64,000 nucleotides of DNA from the human T2T-CHM13v2.0 reference genome, Homo sapiens. Positions 27,597 to 42,985 of the stretch are shown here, one piece after another. Position 1 is the stretch's first letter, and each line of letters starts with the position of its first letter. The translations under genes were made by a program, and so were the position numbers. The DNA lies in NCBI RefSeq assembly GCF_009914755.1, contig NC_060928.1. One strand, given 5' to 3'. Below the pieces are notes generated by a model that was not told the DNA's origin, made no database searches, and saw only the letters and a list, made by a program, of their open reading frames with translations.

Positions 27597-27899
27597 GTGA
27601 GTGGAAACATTCAGAAACAGATGCCAGTGGTATTATCACATATTGCAAACTGTTCATTTAAGATAATGAGGATGAAAACAATAGAGTTCAGTCTCACTCT
27701 TGCAAAACTGCCCTGTGACAAAGCTGTTGTTAAATGGGGTCCACAATTAACTCCATGATATGCTATAATTAGAGTAACTCTACAGTGTAAACCTGGGTTT
27801 CCACAGTTCTTATACCCTAGATGGGTACAATAACACTTGGTAGAAGTAATGAGGAGGGTTCCCACCCACTAACCCCTTCCCTGCCTGGCATTAGTAATA

Positions 27900-28150
27900 C
27901 TAGTTACTACTTAGCACTTTCCACATATCAGGCATTGTTCTAAACATTTTTACACATATTGGTTCATTTAATACTCACAACTTTCTGAGGAAGGTGCTGC
28001 ATTATCCTAATTTTTATATTAGGAGACTGATATACAAAATAGTTGGAGGATTTGCCAAGGGCAGACTTCTCAAAGGCTGAGGCAAGGAGCAGAACTCAGG
28101 CAGCCTGGCCGCCCAGTCAAGCCCCTCAGCTGCTGTACTCTGTGGCCCAG
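27900..28150 (-). mobile_element. MIR
   Basis: caggcattgttctaaaca...tcatttaatactcacaac...aggagactga...ttgccaagg. Confidence 0.7.
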
Positions 28151-28282
28151 CATGGTATATACAATGTTCGGTGCTCTGTTCTCACAGTCTAATTTGCACT
28201 AGTACATGGTCAGGTAGTTCAGTCATCTCATTTTACAGAAGAGAATACAAAGGCAAAAAGATGCTAAGTGGCTTTCAAAAAC

Positions 28283-28577
28283 TCAAATGCATGATGGTTA
28301 CAGGGCTGGGCATGGTGACTCATACCTGTAATCCCAGTGCTTTGAGGCCCAAAGGCAGGAGGACTGCTTGAGCCCAGGAGTTTGAGACCAGCCTGGGCAA
28401 CATAGTGAAACCCTATCTCTACAAAAAATTCTTTAAAAAACTTAGCCAAGCTAGTAGTCCTGGCTACTTGAGAGGGTGAAGCAGGAGGTTTGAGACTGCA
28501 GTGAGCTATGGTCACGACATTGCACTCTAGCCTGGGCAACTGAGACCTTTCTTGATGAAAAAACAAAAAACCAAAAA
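28283..28577 (+). mobile_element. Alu (AluJ-like, internal deletions)
   Basis: ggctgggcatggtgactcatacctgtaatccc...ctctagcctgggcaac plus A-rich tail. Confidence 0.9.
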
Positions 28578-29327
28578 TGAGATGGTTGGGAGCTCAGATT
28601 GCCTGATGTTTAGCCAACGCTTTCTACTTTAGAGCATTGTATCATCTCCTCATTTTCCCTTTTCACATAAAAAAAAAAAAAAGAAAAACACAAAATCTAA
28701 ACTGTTGCTTTATTTTTTTCTGTGATTCATCCTCATGGGTCACAAGAAAGAGCAGAAGTTTCGTTGGCCTGTATGCTAAGAACAGCAAACCCCACTCTGG
28801 GCCCACGTTCTATCCAATGCAGCACTGGCTTTGCTTCTTGAAGGCAAATGAGCAGTTTTATTGGCTTCATCCTCAAATTATGGTTTTAAAATAGTTTAAT
28901 CTCACACTTGGGCAGATTAACAAGTACTAGGAAGTGTCCCCAACTGTAGGGTGTATCTATGCAAGAGATCAAGAATCATACTTATTTTTTTCTTCAGTGT
29001 CAAGGTAACATTTTTGTTTGTTCCACTTTGTTTTTTAACAGGGTTATACCAAGTGTGGGCTCAGGTGGTTTTGGGGGCAATCTGACCTCCAGATTAACCT
29101 CATTCTGAAGCCAGTTAGGCGTCGTTTCTTCTGCATAACCACCTGATGCGCTTATTTGACAGTGTTTTCTTCCTAAATGAGGAGGAAACTGGTTGTGACG
29201 AAACCACAGGCAATGCAGAGCACAGGTGGGATTTAATCTTTCACAATGTCACTTGATTAAGCAGGCAATCATCTTCGCTGCCATGCCTGCAAGGAAAATT
29301 TCAAGTCATGTGAATGCTTATCTCATC

Positions 29328-29750
29328 TGTATTAGTCAGAGTGCACAAGATCGGAGATGGTATATGCAAAATAGGTATTAAATTTAGGGTATTTAATAAA
29401 GGGACTATTTATAAAAATAGAAGCGGGTGGAGGAAAATACACAAGAGATAGTGGAGTATCCCAAGGCTAGCCCGAGCAGGGAGCCATCAACTGTAGACTT
29501 AAAGAGAAAAGTTATAGGGATTGGAGAGAGAGCTGCACATGATAGGAGCCATGGCTTCCCAGAAAGACACAGACACCCACAGTAACCCAGCAGGAAGGAA
29601 GCCAAGGGAATGGATACTGTAGCCTCAACCCTCCTCCTGCCCATTGACCAAATTCAACCAGAGGACAAGGTACCTATTGAGGTGGTCCAAGGGGGACCAT
29701 CTCCTAGGGCCTGGTGCAGGGGATGGGGCAGAGGAAAGACACCCAACACA
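29328..29750 (-). mobile_element. ERVL LTR (LTR33-like)
   Basis: TG...CA ends (tgtattagtcag ... cccaacaca); ttaataaagggactattta and attgaccaaattcaaccaga motifs. Confidence 0.6.
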
Positions 29751-30425
29751 CCCTCACACTAAATTCTGAGGTAAAATAACTTCAACATCCCCTCCTGCTG
29801 TGACATGTGTAGTTTAATAAAGAAGTAATTAGGAAAAACAACAACGATGTGGAATTAGGTGGCTAATTTTATGCCTATGCCTATAGCAGAAATCAGAGTT
29901 GTAAATTCCTCATTGTGTTTTATGAGTCAGAACTGGATATACACAAAGGGTCTCAGGAAAACCCTGGGCCTCAAAATAGGCCCTCTGATAACAGGGCAAG
30001 GAGAGCCAGTGGAAATCAGTTCCTACCAAGACCATGAGCACAATCAAAATTAAACAGAAACATAGATTTAAGAAAAGATCACAGGGGCTTGCAATTTTTG
30101 GCCTAAAATCTATGGAGGCACCCATTGCATTGAAAGGCCCATGTTTTAATGGAATAAATGAAACTTGGTTTTGTTTTGTCCTACATGGCTTTGTTTAGTT
30201 TCCTTTAGTGGTTTAGGCAAAAGGTCAACCAGAGGAAGGAGAGGTGGGGAAATTTGAAGATGTGTCCTGTGGACAATTTAGAGATGGCAGTGATGCCCAG
30301 AGTAAACTAGGATATAAAGAGATTATAGTGAACCCAGTTCCCAGCCATGTAATAAGAGCAAAGACATTTGGTGTTTGGATAAGAGAATGGTGTGGTGTTA
30401 GAAGCAAAGATTTGGAGTCCCAGAT

Positions 30426-31520
30426 TGTTGCGGGAAGTCAGGTACCCCAAACGGAGGGACCATGGGACTAGAGAAGCCATGGCAGAAGAACACAAATTGT
30501 GAAGATTTCACGGACATTTATTAGTTCCCAAATTAGTTCCCAAAATTAATACTTTTATAATTTCTTACACCTGTCTTCACTGCAATCTCTGAACATAAAT
30601 TGTGAAGATTTCATGGACCCTTATCACTTCCCCAATCAATATTCTTGTGATTTCCTACACCTGTCTTTACTTTAATCTCTTAATCCCGTCATCTTTGTAA
30701 ACTGAGGATGTATGTTGCCTCAGGACCCTGTGATGATTGTGTTAACTGCACAAATTGTTTAAACAATATGAAATCTGGGCACCTTGAAAAAAGAAAAGGA
30801 TAACAGCGATGTTCAGGGAACAAGGGAGATAACTATTAGGTTTGGCTGCCTGAGAGCTGGGCGGAACAGAGCCATATTTCTCTTCTTTCAAAAGTAAATA
30901 GGAGAAATATTGCTGAATTCTTTTTCTCAGCAAGGACCAGCCCTGAGAAAGAGAATGCTTTCCTAGGGGTAGGTCTCTGAAATGGCTGCTCTGGGAATGT
31001 CTGTCTTTTGCAGTTGTAGATAAGGGATGAAATAAGCCCCGGTCTCCAATAGCACTCCCAGGCTTGTTAGGATGAGGAAATAGCTGCCTAATAAATTTTG
31101 ATCAGACAGGTTGTCTCCTCTCAAACCCTGTCTCCTGATAAGATGTTATCAATGACCATGCTATCAATGACCATGCATGCCCGAAACTTCATTAGCAATT
31201 TTAATTTCGCTCCGGTCCTGTGATCTCACCCTGACTCCATTTGCCTTGTAATATTTTATTCTCTTGTGAAGGATGTGATCTCTGTGACCCACACCCTATT
31301 TGTACACTCCCTCCCCCTTTTAAAATCACTAATAAAAACTTGCTGGTTTTGCAGCTTGCGGGGTATCATGAAACCTGCCAACATGTGATGTCTCCCCCGG
31401 ACACCCAGCTTTAAAATTTCCCTCTTTTGTACACTTTCCCTTTATTTCTCAGACTGACCAACACTTAGGGAAAATAGAAAAGGACTCACATTGAATTATT
31501 GGGGGCGGGTTCCCCCGATA
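30426..31520 (+). mobile_element. MER11B/C-type solo LTR (HERV-K11), inserted into a MIR
   Basis: Starts TGTTGCGGGAAGTCAGG, ends GGTTCCCCCGATA; duplicated aaattgtgaagatttca unit; AATAAA at ~31331; 6-bp TSD CCAGAT/CCAAAT. Confidence 0.93.
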
Positions 31521-31705
31521 CCAAATATACTACCTATTAGCTGGGTCACCTTGAGCAAGTTAGATAATCTCTATAAGCCTCAGTTTCTTGCTCAATTTAG
31601 ATAATCTCTATAAGCCTCAGTTTCTTGCTCAGTGAAATGGGAAAAATACCTACCTCTCCTCTGGTTGTTTTGTGAATTAAATAAAATCATGTGTTTAAAA
31701 TCCTT
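31521..31705 (+). mobile_element. MIR (5' part at ~30385-30425) carrying a tandem duplication
   Basis: caccttgagcaagttagataatctctataagcctcagtttc core; 35-mer repeated at 31560-31594 and 31597-31631. Confidence 0.8.
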
Positions 31706-33046
31706 ACCATGGTTGGGTGGCTGGCAAGATGGGTGAATACAAACAGCTCTGGTCTGCAGCACCTAGCGAGATCAGCACAGAAGGTGGGTGATTTCTGTGT
31801 TTCCAACTGAGGTACCTGGTTCATCTCACTGGGACTGGTTAGACATTGGGTGCAGCCCACAGAGGGTGAGCTGAAGCAGGGTGGGGTGTCCCCTCACCTG
31901 GGAAGTGCAAGGGGTCAGGGAACTCCCTCCTCTAGCCAAGGAAAGCCATGAGGGACTGTGCCATGAGGAACAGTGCATTCCAGCCCAGATACTATGCTTT
32001 TCCCATGTTCTTCACAACCCACAGGACAGGAGATTCCCTAGGGTGTCTACACCACCAGGGCCCTGGGTTTCAAGCACAAAACTAGGGGGCAGTTTGGGCA
32101 GACACTGAGCTAGCTGCAGAAGATTTTTTTCGTACCCCAGTGGCACCTGGAATGCCAGTGAGACAGAACCGTTCACTCCTCTGGAAAGGGGGCTGAAGCC
32201 AGGGAGCCAAGTGGTCTAGCTCAGCGGATCCCACCCCCATGGAGTCCAGCAAGCTAAGATCCACTGGCTTGAAATTCTTGCTGCTAGTACAGCAGTCTTA
32301 AGTGGACCTGGGATGCTCCAGCTTGGTGGAGGGAGAAGCCACGTCCACCATTACTGAGGCTTGAGTAGGTGGTTTTCCCTCACAGTATAAACAAAGCCAC
32401 CAGCAAGCTCGAACTGGGTGGAGCCCACCACAGCTCAGCAAAGCCTCTGTAGCCTGCTTCTCTAGTCCTCCTCTTTAGGCAGGGCATCTCTGAAAGGAAG
32501 GCAGCAGCCCCAGTTAGGGGCTTATAGATAAAACTCCCATCTCCCTGGGACAGAGCACTTGGGGGAAGGGGCAGCTGTGGGTGCAGCTTCAGCAGACTTA
32601 AACATCCCTACCTGATGGATCTGCAGAGAGCAGTGGATCTCCCAGCACAGTGCTGGAGTTCTGCTAAGGGACAGACTACCTCCTCAAGTGGGTCCCTGAT
32701 CCCCATGCCTCCTGACTGGGAGACACCTCCCTGCAGGGGTCAACAGACATGTCATACAGGAGAGCTCTGGCTCTGGCAGGTGCCCCTCTAGGATGCAGCT
32801 TCCAGAGGAAGGAGAAGGCAGCAATCTTTACTGTTCTGCAGCCTCCTCTAGTGATACGCAGGCAAACAGGGTCTGGAATGGACCTCCAGCAAACTCCAGT
32901 AGACCTGCAGCAGAAGGGCTGATGGTTAGAAGGAAAACTAACAAACAGAAAGGAATAGTATCAACATCAACAAAAAAGGAAGTCCACAAAAAACCCCATC
33001 CAAAGGTCACCAACGTCAAAGACCAAAGATAGATAAATCCACAAAG

Positions 33047-34046
33047 ATGAGGAACAACCAGCACAAAAAGCCTGACAATTCCAAAAACCAAAACACCTCT
33101 TCTCCTCCAAAGGAACACAACTCCTTGCCAGCAAGGGAACAGAACTGGACGGAGAATGAGTTTGATGAATTGACAGAAGTAGGTGGGTAATAGCAAAGTC
33201 CTCTGAGCTAAAGGAGCATGTTCTAACCCAATGCAAGGAAGCTAAGAACTCTGAAAAAAGGTTAGAGGAATTGCTAACTAGAATAACCAGTTTAGAGAAG
33301 AACATAAATCACCTGAAAGAGCTGAAAAATGCAGCATGAGAACTTCATGAAGCGTACACAAGTATCAATACCCAAATCAATCAGGCGGAAGAAAGGATAT
33401 CAGAGATTGAAGACCAACTTAGCAAAATAAAGCATGAAGACAAGATTAGAGAAAAAGAATTAAAAGGAATGAACAAAGCCTCCAAGAAATATGGGATATG
33501 TGAAAAGACCAAACTTACATTTGATTGGTATACCTGAAAGTGATGGGAAGAATGGAACCAAGTTGGAAAACACTCTTCAGGGTATTATCCAGAAGAACTT
33601 CCCCAACCTAGCAAGACAGGCCAAGATTCAAATTCAGGATATACAGAGAACACCACAAAGATACTCCTCGAGAAGAGCAACCCCAAGACACATAATTGTC
33701 AGATTCACCAAAGTTGAAAGACAGGAAAAAATGTTAAGGGCGGCCAGAGAGAAAAGTCGGGTTGCCCACAAAGGGAAGCCTATCAGACTAACAGCAGATC
33801 TCTCAGCAGAAACCCTACAAGCCAGAAGAGAGTGGCAGCCAATATTCAACATTCTTAAAGAAAAGAATTTCATATCCAGCCAAACTAAGCTTCATAAGTG
33901 AAGGAGAAACAAAATCCTTTACAGACAAGCAAATGCTCAGAGATTTTGTCACTACCAGGCCTGCCTTACAGGAGCTCCTGAATAAAACACTAAATATGGA
34001 AAGGAAAAACCAGTACCAGCCACTGCAAAAACATACCAATTTGTAA
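33047..34046 (+). pseudogene. Degenerate L1 ORF1p
   Basis: YVKRPNLHLIGIPESDGKNGTKLENTLQ...[17 protein letters not shown]; stops and frameshifts. Confidence 0.92.
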
Positions 34047-34109
34047 AGACCATCAACACTGTGGAGAAACTGCGTCAACTAATGGGCAAAATAACCAGCT
34101 AGCATCATA

Positions 34110-34750
34110 ATAACAGGATAAAATTCACACATAAAAATACTAACCTTAAATGTAAACAGGCTAAATGCCTCAATTAAAAGACACAGACTGGCAAATTGTA
34201 TAAAGAGTCAAGACCCATCAGTGTGCTGTATTCAGAGACCCATCTCATGTGCAAAGACACACATAGGCTCAAAATAAAGGGATAGAGGAATATTTACCAA
34301 GCAAATGGAAATCAAAAAAATAAAAAATAAAAAAAAGCAGGGGTTGCAATCCTAGTCTCTGATAAAACAGACTTTAAACCAACAAAGATCAAAAAAGACA
34401 AAGAAGGGCATTACATAATGGTAAAGGGATCGATGCAACAAGAAGAACTAACTATCCTAAATATATATGCACCCAATACAGGAGTACCCAGATGCATAAA
34501 GCAAGTTCTTAGAGACCTACAAAGAGACTTAGCCTCCCACACAATAATAGTGGGAGACTTTAACACCCCACTGTCAATATTAGACAGATCAATGAGACAG
34601 AAAATTAACAAGGATATCCAGGACTTGAACTCAGCTCTGGACCAAGTGGACTGAATAGACATCTATAGAACTCTCCACCCCAAATCAACAGAATATACAT
34701 TCTTCTCAGCACCACATCACACTTATTCTAAAATTGACCACATAATTTGG
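34110..34750 (+). pseudogene. Degenerate L1 ORF2p endonuclease fragment
   Basis: ELTILNIYAPNTG...[11 protein letters not shown] motif; start codon mutated to ATA. Confidence 0.92.
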
Positions 34751-36155
34751 GTCTTTTTTTACTTTAAAAAATTCTGCTTGAACAATTAATATATGCTTCA
34801 TTTAACTTTAAAATATTCTGAACTTAGATTATCATAACAAAGTCTCAGATGGTTCATTTCTCTTCCATCCTCTCATCTCATCTCACAAATTGCTTTGTTG
34901 TGAAAGTGACATTTTTTTCCAAAGTTCTGACATGATTTGGGATGACAGAGGTCAGAAATTTGTGCTTAATTTTGTTTGTTGCGTTTTAATTTGGCCAGAA
35001 TTGAACTAAAGATTTCAATTGAGCTATTATATTGTTAGTTCTACTTATTACTGACTGAAAAATGAACCTTAGTCTATTCATGACTATTGGTTTAAACATG
35101 TTATTATATATTCTTAATATTTTTAAGGGCTCTTAAAATGTGGTTGCCTTAGATGATTAAAGAAAATGCAAAAGGGTTCAACAATTCTGCCAGCTGCTTA
35201 GAAATTTTACTTTTAGGCTCATATCCTTGAAAGGTATTGACCCCTATAAACAGCTAATGATGGAAAAGTTGACAGGACAGTTTGACCTCCTAATTGTATT
35301 CTGTGCATCATGCATTTGACCTTCTGGAGACAACTTGATGAGTTTCTGCCATGTTAATTACTCCACACTGTTTTGCAGTGATCCTTTAGCAATTCAAACC
35401 TAGTGAATGAGTGCATGAACTTTTCTAGGCTCTAAGAAAGGATTGAAAATGGTAATTTAAAAGCACCCGACATAATTTTCCGCTACCAGGCTTGTTTTCT
35501 TCTCCTGAAATGATGAACAAAGACCTCTGAAATGATCTTGTATTTATTGTACTCTTTTACTTCTTGCAAATTTTAACACCTTCTTTCAAAAATACATTTG
35601 AAGCCCCAGGGTCTTATCAGGGATGCTCTTCTTTTCCTTCAATTACTATGCATTTGGTAATCAATATGTTTATTACTAGGCAATATTACCTGTGATGCCT
35701 GAGTCTTCTTGACTTTGTCTTAAGAGTCATTAATGAGATCTAATGTGCAAAGCGTCATTTAATTTTCGGTTCCTAAACATTCTTTGTCTGGGGTTGAGCT
35801 TTGTCTTCCTAATGAACTAGACAACAGTCATTATTGCTGACAGATCTCCTCTCCTTTCCAGTTTGTTAGGCTACATAGTTTAAGCTTTCCCTCTTTCTGT
35901 CCTTTGTGTGAAGCAGGAAGTCACCTTTGTGGGTCATTTTCATCCCCCTGCTCTCAGGCTCCTTCATGAAACATTTTGAGCCATTTCAGAATTAGACCTG
36001 CACATTCCAATGGCTGTATTTAAAAGACAATTTATAGCTCAGCTCATTCTCATGCACTGCATGAGAGTATTATAAGAAAGTCCCCTGTGTCAAAGTTTCA
36101 TCTAGAATCGAACTTTTTCCTGCTCCCTGTCTTTCTCCTATCACTAGTTAGGTCT

Positions 36156-36312
36156 TTTTTCTTTCTTTCTTTCTTTTTCTTTTTAAAAAAATATTTGATG
36201 AGATAGAATTTCAGTATGTTGCCCAGGCTGGTCTCAAACTCCTAGGCTCAAGAAATCCTCCTGCCTCAGCCTCCAGATTAGGGATTACGGGCATGTGTCC
36301 CTGCACCCAGCC
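36156..36312 (-). mobile_element. FLAM/Alu monomer
   Basis: atgttgcccaggctggtctcaaactcctaggctcaag...cccagcc; perfect 12-bp TSD ctagttaggtct at 36144-36155 and 36313-36324. Confidence 0.9.
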
Positions 36313-36438
36313 CTAGTTAGGTCTGATTCAGCAAACTATATCTCTAGCCATATTTTCTTTAATAGCAAAATGTGATTGGAGGGGAGTCAGATAATCTAGA
36401 TGGAGTTTCAGCTCTTCCATTTATATCACTGTGTTTGT

Positions 36439-36441
<3 letters not shown>

Positions 36442-36480
<39 letters not shown>
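36442..36480. repeat. (TG)n microsatellite
   Basis: TG run of about 19 units. Confidence 0.97.
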
Positions 36481-36484
<4 letters not shown>

Positions 36485-36725
36485 TACTGAGTATATGCTT
36501 TGTGCCAGGTGTTACATTAAGCAATTTACACTTAATCCATACAGCAATCCTGCAAAAGAGGTACAAGGATGGATACTTTGCAGATGAGAGGTGGCTCAGA
36601 GGGTTTAAATGATTCATTGAATCAAGTTTAAATAACTTATCTACGTCAGTACTAGTGGACCTGAAATTAAAATGTGGCTTTACCTGTCTCCAGAGAATGG
36701 GCTTTTAACCACCGCACCATACTGA
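36485..36725 (-). mobile_element. MIR
   Basis: actgagtatatgctttgtgccagg...ttttgcagatgag...ggctcagaggg. Confidence 0.7.
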
Positions 36726-36779
36726 AAGTCTTACACAGGTAGTCAGGGCACTTGGCTTGTTGGTATCTGCACTGGGCAC

Positions 36780-37045
36780 GTTGAGAGTCAGTGGTTGAGA
36801 ACTCAGTCTCTGAAGTCAGACTGCCTATATTTGAAATCTGTTTCCTTCACTAACTAATTGTGTGACAGTGAACAAGTTATTTTACATTTCTGTACTTTAG
36901 TTTCCTCATCTGTAAAATGGGGAAAAAATAACAGCAACAACTCTTTGGGTCACATGAAGGATTATATTCATGACACATATTAGGTACACTTTTAAAGCAA
37001 CAATAGTAAAATCAGTTTAATAAACGTTAGCAACAATTATTATTT
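36780..37045 (+). mobile_element. MIR
   Basis: tctgaagtcagactgcct...tgtgtgac...tttcctcatctgtaaaatgggg. Confidence 0.8.
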
Positions 37046-38273
37046 CAAAAAAATTTGACGTGTACTCTAGGTGATTGCTGTAAGGATGCTGGTTGAGGCC
37101 TTGAAGGTTTTAAGGTACTCTGTTGTTGTATATTGTTGATCAAAGCCTCTTCCTCTTGTTCCTCAGACTAAGATAATGGCAGAAGAGCACTTGGGGAAAA
37201 TTGGATGTTGGATGTAGACACTGGGTGTGGGATCTAAACAGCAGGAGTGATGTGCTGTCCTTCATCCTCTGCAAAAGTTGTGTGGTTAAGTGGATAATAC
37301 CAGGAGAAGGAATTAAGAAATTTGGCTTCTATCAACCTATCCTGTGAGCTCCTTAACCAAAATTGAGTAATTAATACATCCAAGCTCAAGAGCATTATCA
37401 TTTCTATGAAGAGGAGGATACCATATCTATGCAGCCTAATTTCAGGGAGAAATTGGAAAGCAGCAAACAAAGTTAAACATTAAAAGAACAACAACAGCTT
37501 TTTATCATCAAATGGACTCTCCTCTAGGCAGCATGAAATGAATAGCACCAAGCTAGACAGGTAGCTGCTAGGGAATAATGAAATGGACATCCAGCTATCA
37601 GTAGGATGCCTACTATGGGCTGGACGTTGTGCATGGCATCATACAAAGATGTCTAAGAAACAAAATTCCGTCTTATAAGGGAGAGCAATTTGCTTGTAAG
37701 GCAAGCTATTAAAAAATAACTAATAATAGAGGAGTTTCTGCAAAGGATGAGTGGTGCAAACCAGAAGTCTATGGAGAAAATCTTCCCATTATCAACACCA
37801 GCAACACCATTCAATTCTGAGCAGGACTTGGTTGGGCAAGTTTGTTCTCAATATTCAAAAGCCTGTAAACATTTACATAGAATTCTTAAGATTTAACCTA
37901 AACTCATTTTTTAAAGTTAATTTTAATTCCTCTGGATGTCATAGTTCCCTCTGACAACTTATCAAAAGCTCTGGACCATCTGTCAGGAAACTGCGTGGAA
38001 ACTGCAAGGGTCTGCATGTAATTGTAAATGTTGACAGAGCTCCTAAAAGCCATCTATGATCCCCAAGTTAAAAACCCCTGCTCTACGAAAGAGGGAGCAA
38101 CACTGTTATAGAAACTTAAGTTATTCATAGTTGCCCAAATCTTACCAGATCTCAGTTACTTTTTTGGCTTAGCTTTTGCTGTTGTAAATAATACTGTAGT
38201 TATGATTCTTGGAATTAAAATGTCTTTTTTAAAAAAACAAAAACCAAAAAGCCTCAGATCTCTTCCATACACA

Positions 38274-38775
38274 GTGTAACAGAAATTGCTACTTTCCCCT
38301 CAGTGCCCATTGTCTGTTTGTTCCATAGAAATAGAATTTTTAACTGGGCATGTGGCTGTCCAAAATGAAGACTACACTTTCCATCCACTCTAGGCATGGC
38401 CATGTCACTATTTTAGCCAATGAATGTCGATAGGAATAGTGATGCTGCAACAGAACCCTCCTCAATAGACAGTTGAAATGTGTCCTTCGCTGCTTCTTTA
38501 CCTGTTCCTCCATCCTGTGGTTGGGAGCATGGATGTGATGGCCGAAGTGCTTTCTTGGGCTGTGTGACATGGGACACATCCTGGAGACCACAAATCTGAA
38601 AGATGGAAGTGACCTAGATCCTTAAGGAACATAGAAAAAAGCTAACATAACAGTTGATAATCTTCTAGATTCTGATGCGAAAGAAAAATAAAATTGTTTA
38701 AGTCTCTGGTTGTTTAAGTCACTGCTATTTGGGGTTTTTCTGTAACTTGTAGCTGAACTGAATTCTAATTTACAG
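38274..38775 (+). mobile_element. MaLR LTR (MLT1J-like)
   Basis: ggcatggccatgtcactattttagccaatg; tgtttaagtcactgctatttgggg...tgtagctgaactgaattctaatttaca. Confidence 0.75.
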
Positions 38776-38789
38776 ACATAATACTTAGC

Positions 38790-39591
<802 letters not shown>

Positions 39592-40580
39592 TAAAAATTT
39601 AAGAGGCACTTCCAAGACAGCCGAATAGGAACAGCTCCGGTCTACAACTCCCAGGGAGATTGACACAGAAGATGAGTGATTTCTGCATTTCCAACTAAGG
39701 TACCTGGCTCATCTCATTGGGACTGGTTGGACACTGGGTGCAGAACATGGAGGGGCAAGCTGAAGCAGGGAAGGATGTTGCCTCACTTGGGAAGTGCAAG
39801 GGGTCAGGGGATTTCCCTTTCCTAGCCGAGGGAAGCCATGAGTGACTGTACTTGGAGGAGCAGTACACTCCTGTACAAATACTGCATTTTTACCACAGTC
39901 TTTGCAACCAGCAGACCAGGAGATTCCCTCCCACGCCTGGCTCAGTGGGTCCCATGCCCACAGATCCTTGCTCACTGCTAGTGCAGCAGTCTGAGATCAA
40001 TCTGGGATGCTGGAGTATGGCAGGGGGAGGGGCGTCTGCCATTGCTGAGGCTTGAATAGGCAGTTTTATGCCCACAGTGTAAACAAAGCCGCAGGGTAGC
40101 TCGAACTGGGCAGAGCCCACTGCAACTCACAAGGCCTACTGCCTCTCTAGACTGTCTAGGGCATATCTGAAAAAAAGGCAGCAGACAGCTTCTACAGACT
40201 TAAACAACCCTGCCTGACAGCTCTGAAGAGAGCAGTGGTTCTCCCAGTATGGCGTTCGAGATCCATTAATGGACAGACTGCCTCCTCAAGTGGGTCCCTG
40301 ACCCCCGTGTAGCCTGAATGAGAGACACCTCCCAGTAGGGGCTGACAGACACCTCATACAGGCGGGAGACCCTCTGGAACAAAGCTTCCAGAGGAAGGAT
40401 CAGGCAGCAATATTTGCTGTTCTGCAGCCTCTGCTGGTGATACCCAGGCAAACAGTGTCTGGAGTGGACCTCCAGCAAACTCGAACAGACCTGCAGCTGA
40501 GGGGCCTGTTAGAAGGAAAACTAACAAACAGAAAAGAATAGCATCAACGTAACAGAAAGGGCACCCACACCAAAACCCCA

Positions 40581-41596
40581 TGTTGCAGGAAGTCAGGGAT
40601 CCCAAATGGAGGGACTGACTGGAGCCACGGCAGAGGAACATGAATGGTGAAAATTTCATGGACATTTATCAGTTCCCAAATAATACTTTTATAATTTCTT
40701 ATGCCTGTCTTTACTTTAATTTCTTAATCCTGTTATTTTCGTAAGCTGAGTATGTACGTCACCTCAGGACCACTGTGATAATTGTGTTAACTGTACAAAT
40801 TGATTGTAAAACATGTGTGTTCGAACAATATGAAATCAGCACACCTTGAAAAAGAACAGAATAACAGAAACTTTTAGGAACCAAGGGAAGACAACCATAA
40901 GGTCTGACTGCCTGCAGGGTCAGGCAAAAAACCTCTATTTTTCTTCTTGCAGAGAGCCTATAAATGGACGTGCAAATAGGAGAGATATCACTAAATTCTT
41001 TTCCTAGCAAGGAATATAAATATTAAGACCCTGGGAAAGGAATGCATTCCCAGGGTGAGGTCTATAAACAGCCACTCTGGGAATGTCTATCCTATGTGGT
41101 TGAGAAAAGGACCGAGATACACCCTGGTCTCCTGCAGTACCCTCAGGCTTACTAGGATTGGGAAACTCCGCCCTGGTAAATTTGTGGTCAGACCAGTTCT
41201 CTGCTCTTGAACCCTGTTTTCTGTTGTTTAAGATGTTTATGAAGACAATACATGCACCACTGAACATAGACCCTTAGGAGTTCCGTTTTTGCCCTTTGCC
41301 TTGTGATCTTTGTTGGACCCTTATCAGTAGTTCTGCTTTTTGCCCTTTGAAGCATGTGATCTTTTTACCTACTCCCTGTTCATACACCCCCTCCCCTTTT
41401 GAAATCCTTAATAAAACCTTGCTGGTTTTGAGGCCCAGGTGGGCATCATGGTCTTACTGATATGTGATGTCACCCCCGGCGGCCCAGCTATAAAATTCCT
41501 CTCTTTGTACTTTTTCTCTTTATTTCTCAGCCAGCCGACACTTACGGGAAATAGAAAGAACATACATTGAAATATTGGGGGCGGGTTGCCCCAATA
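40581..41596 (+). mobile_element. MER11A-type solo LTR inserted in the L1 5' UTR
   Basis: TGTTGCAGGAAGTCAGGG...GGTTGCCCCAATA; perfect 6-bp TSD ACCCCA at 40575-40580 and 41597-41602. Confidence 0.95.
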
Positions 41597-41650
41597 ACCC
41601 CATCCGTAGGTCACCAACATCAAAGACCAAGGGTAGATAAAACCACTAAG

Positions 41651-42985
<1,335 letters not shown>

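Larger units (their letters stand above)
31711..34750 (+). mobile_element. L1PA7/8-type LINE-1, 5'-intact, 3'-truncated in the ORF2 endonuclease
   Basis: 5' UTR ggctggcaagatgg...ttccaactgaggtacc; ORF1 and ORF2-EN remnants; stops at aaaattgaccacataatt with no poly(A). Confidence 0.95.

Noticed and set aside
30495-30700. Direct repeats separated by spacers (CRISPR-like)
   Set aside because: Internal duplicated unit of the MER11B/C LTR in a primate genome.
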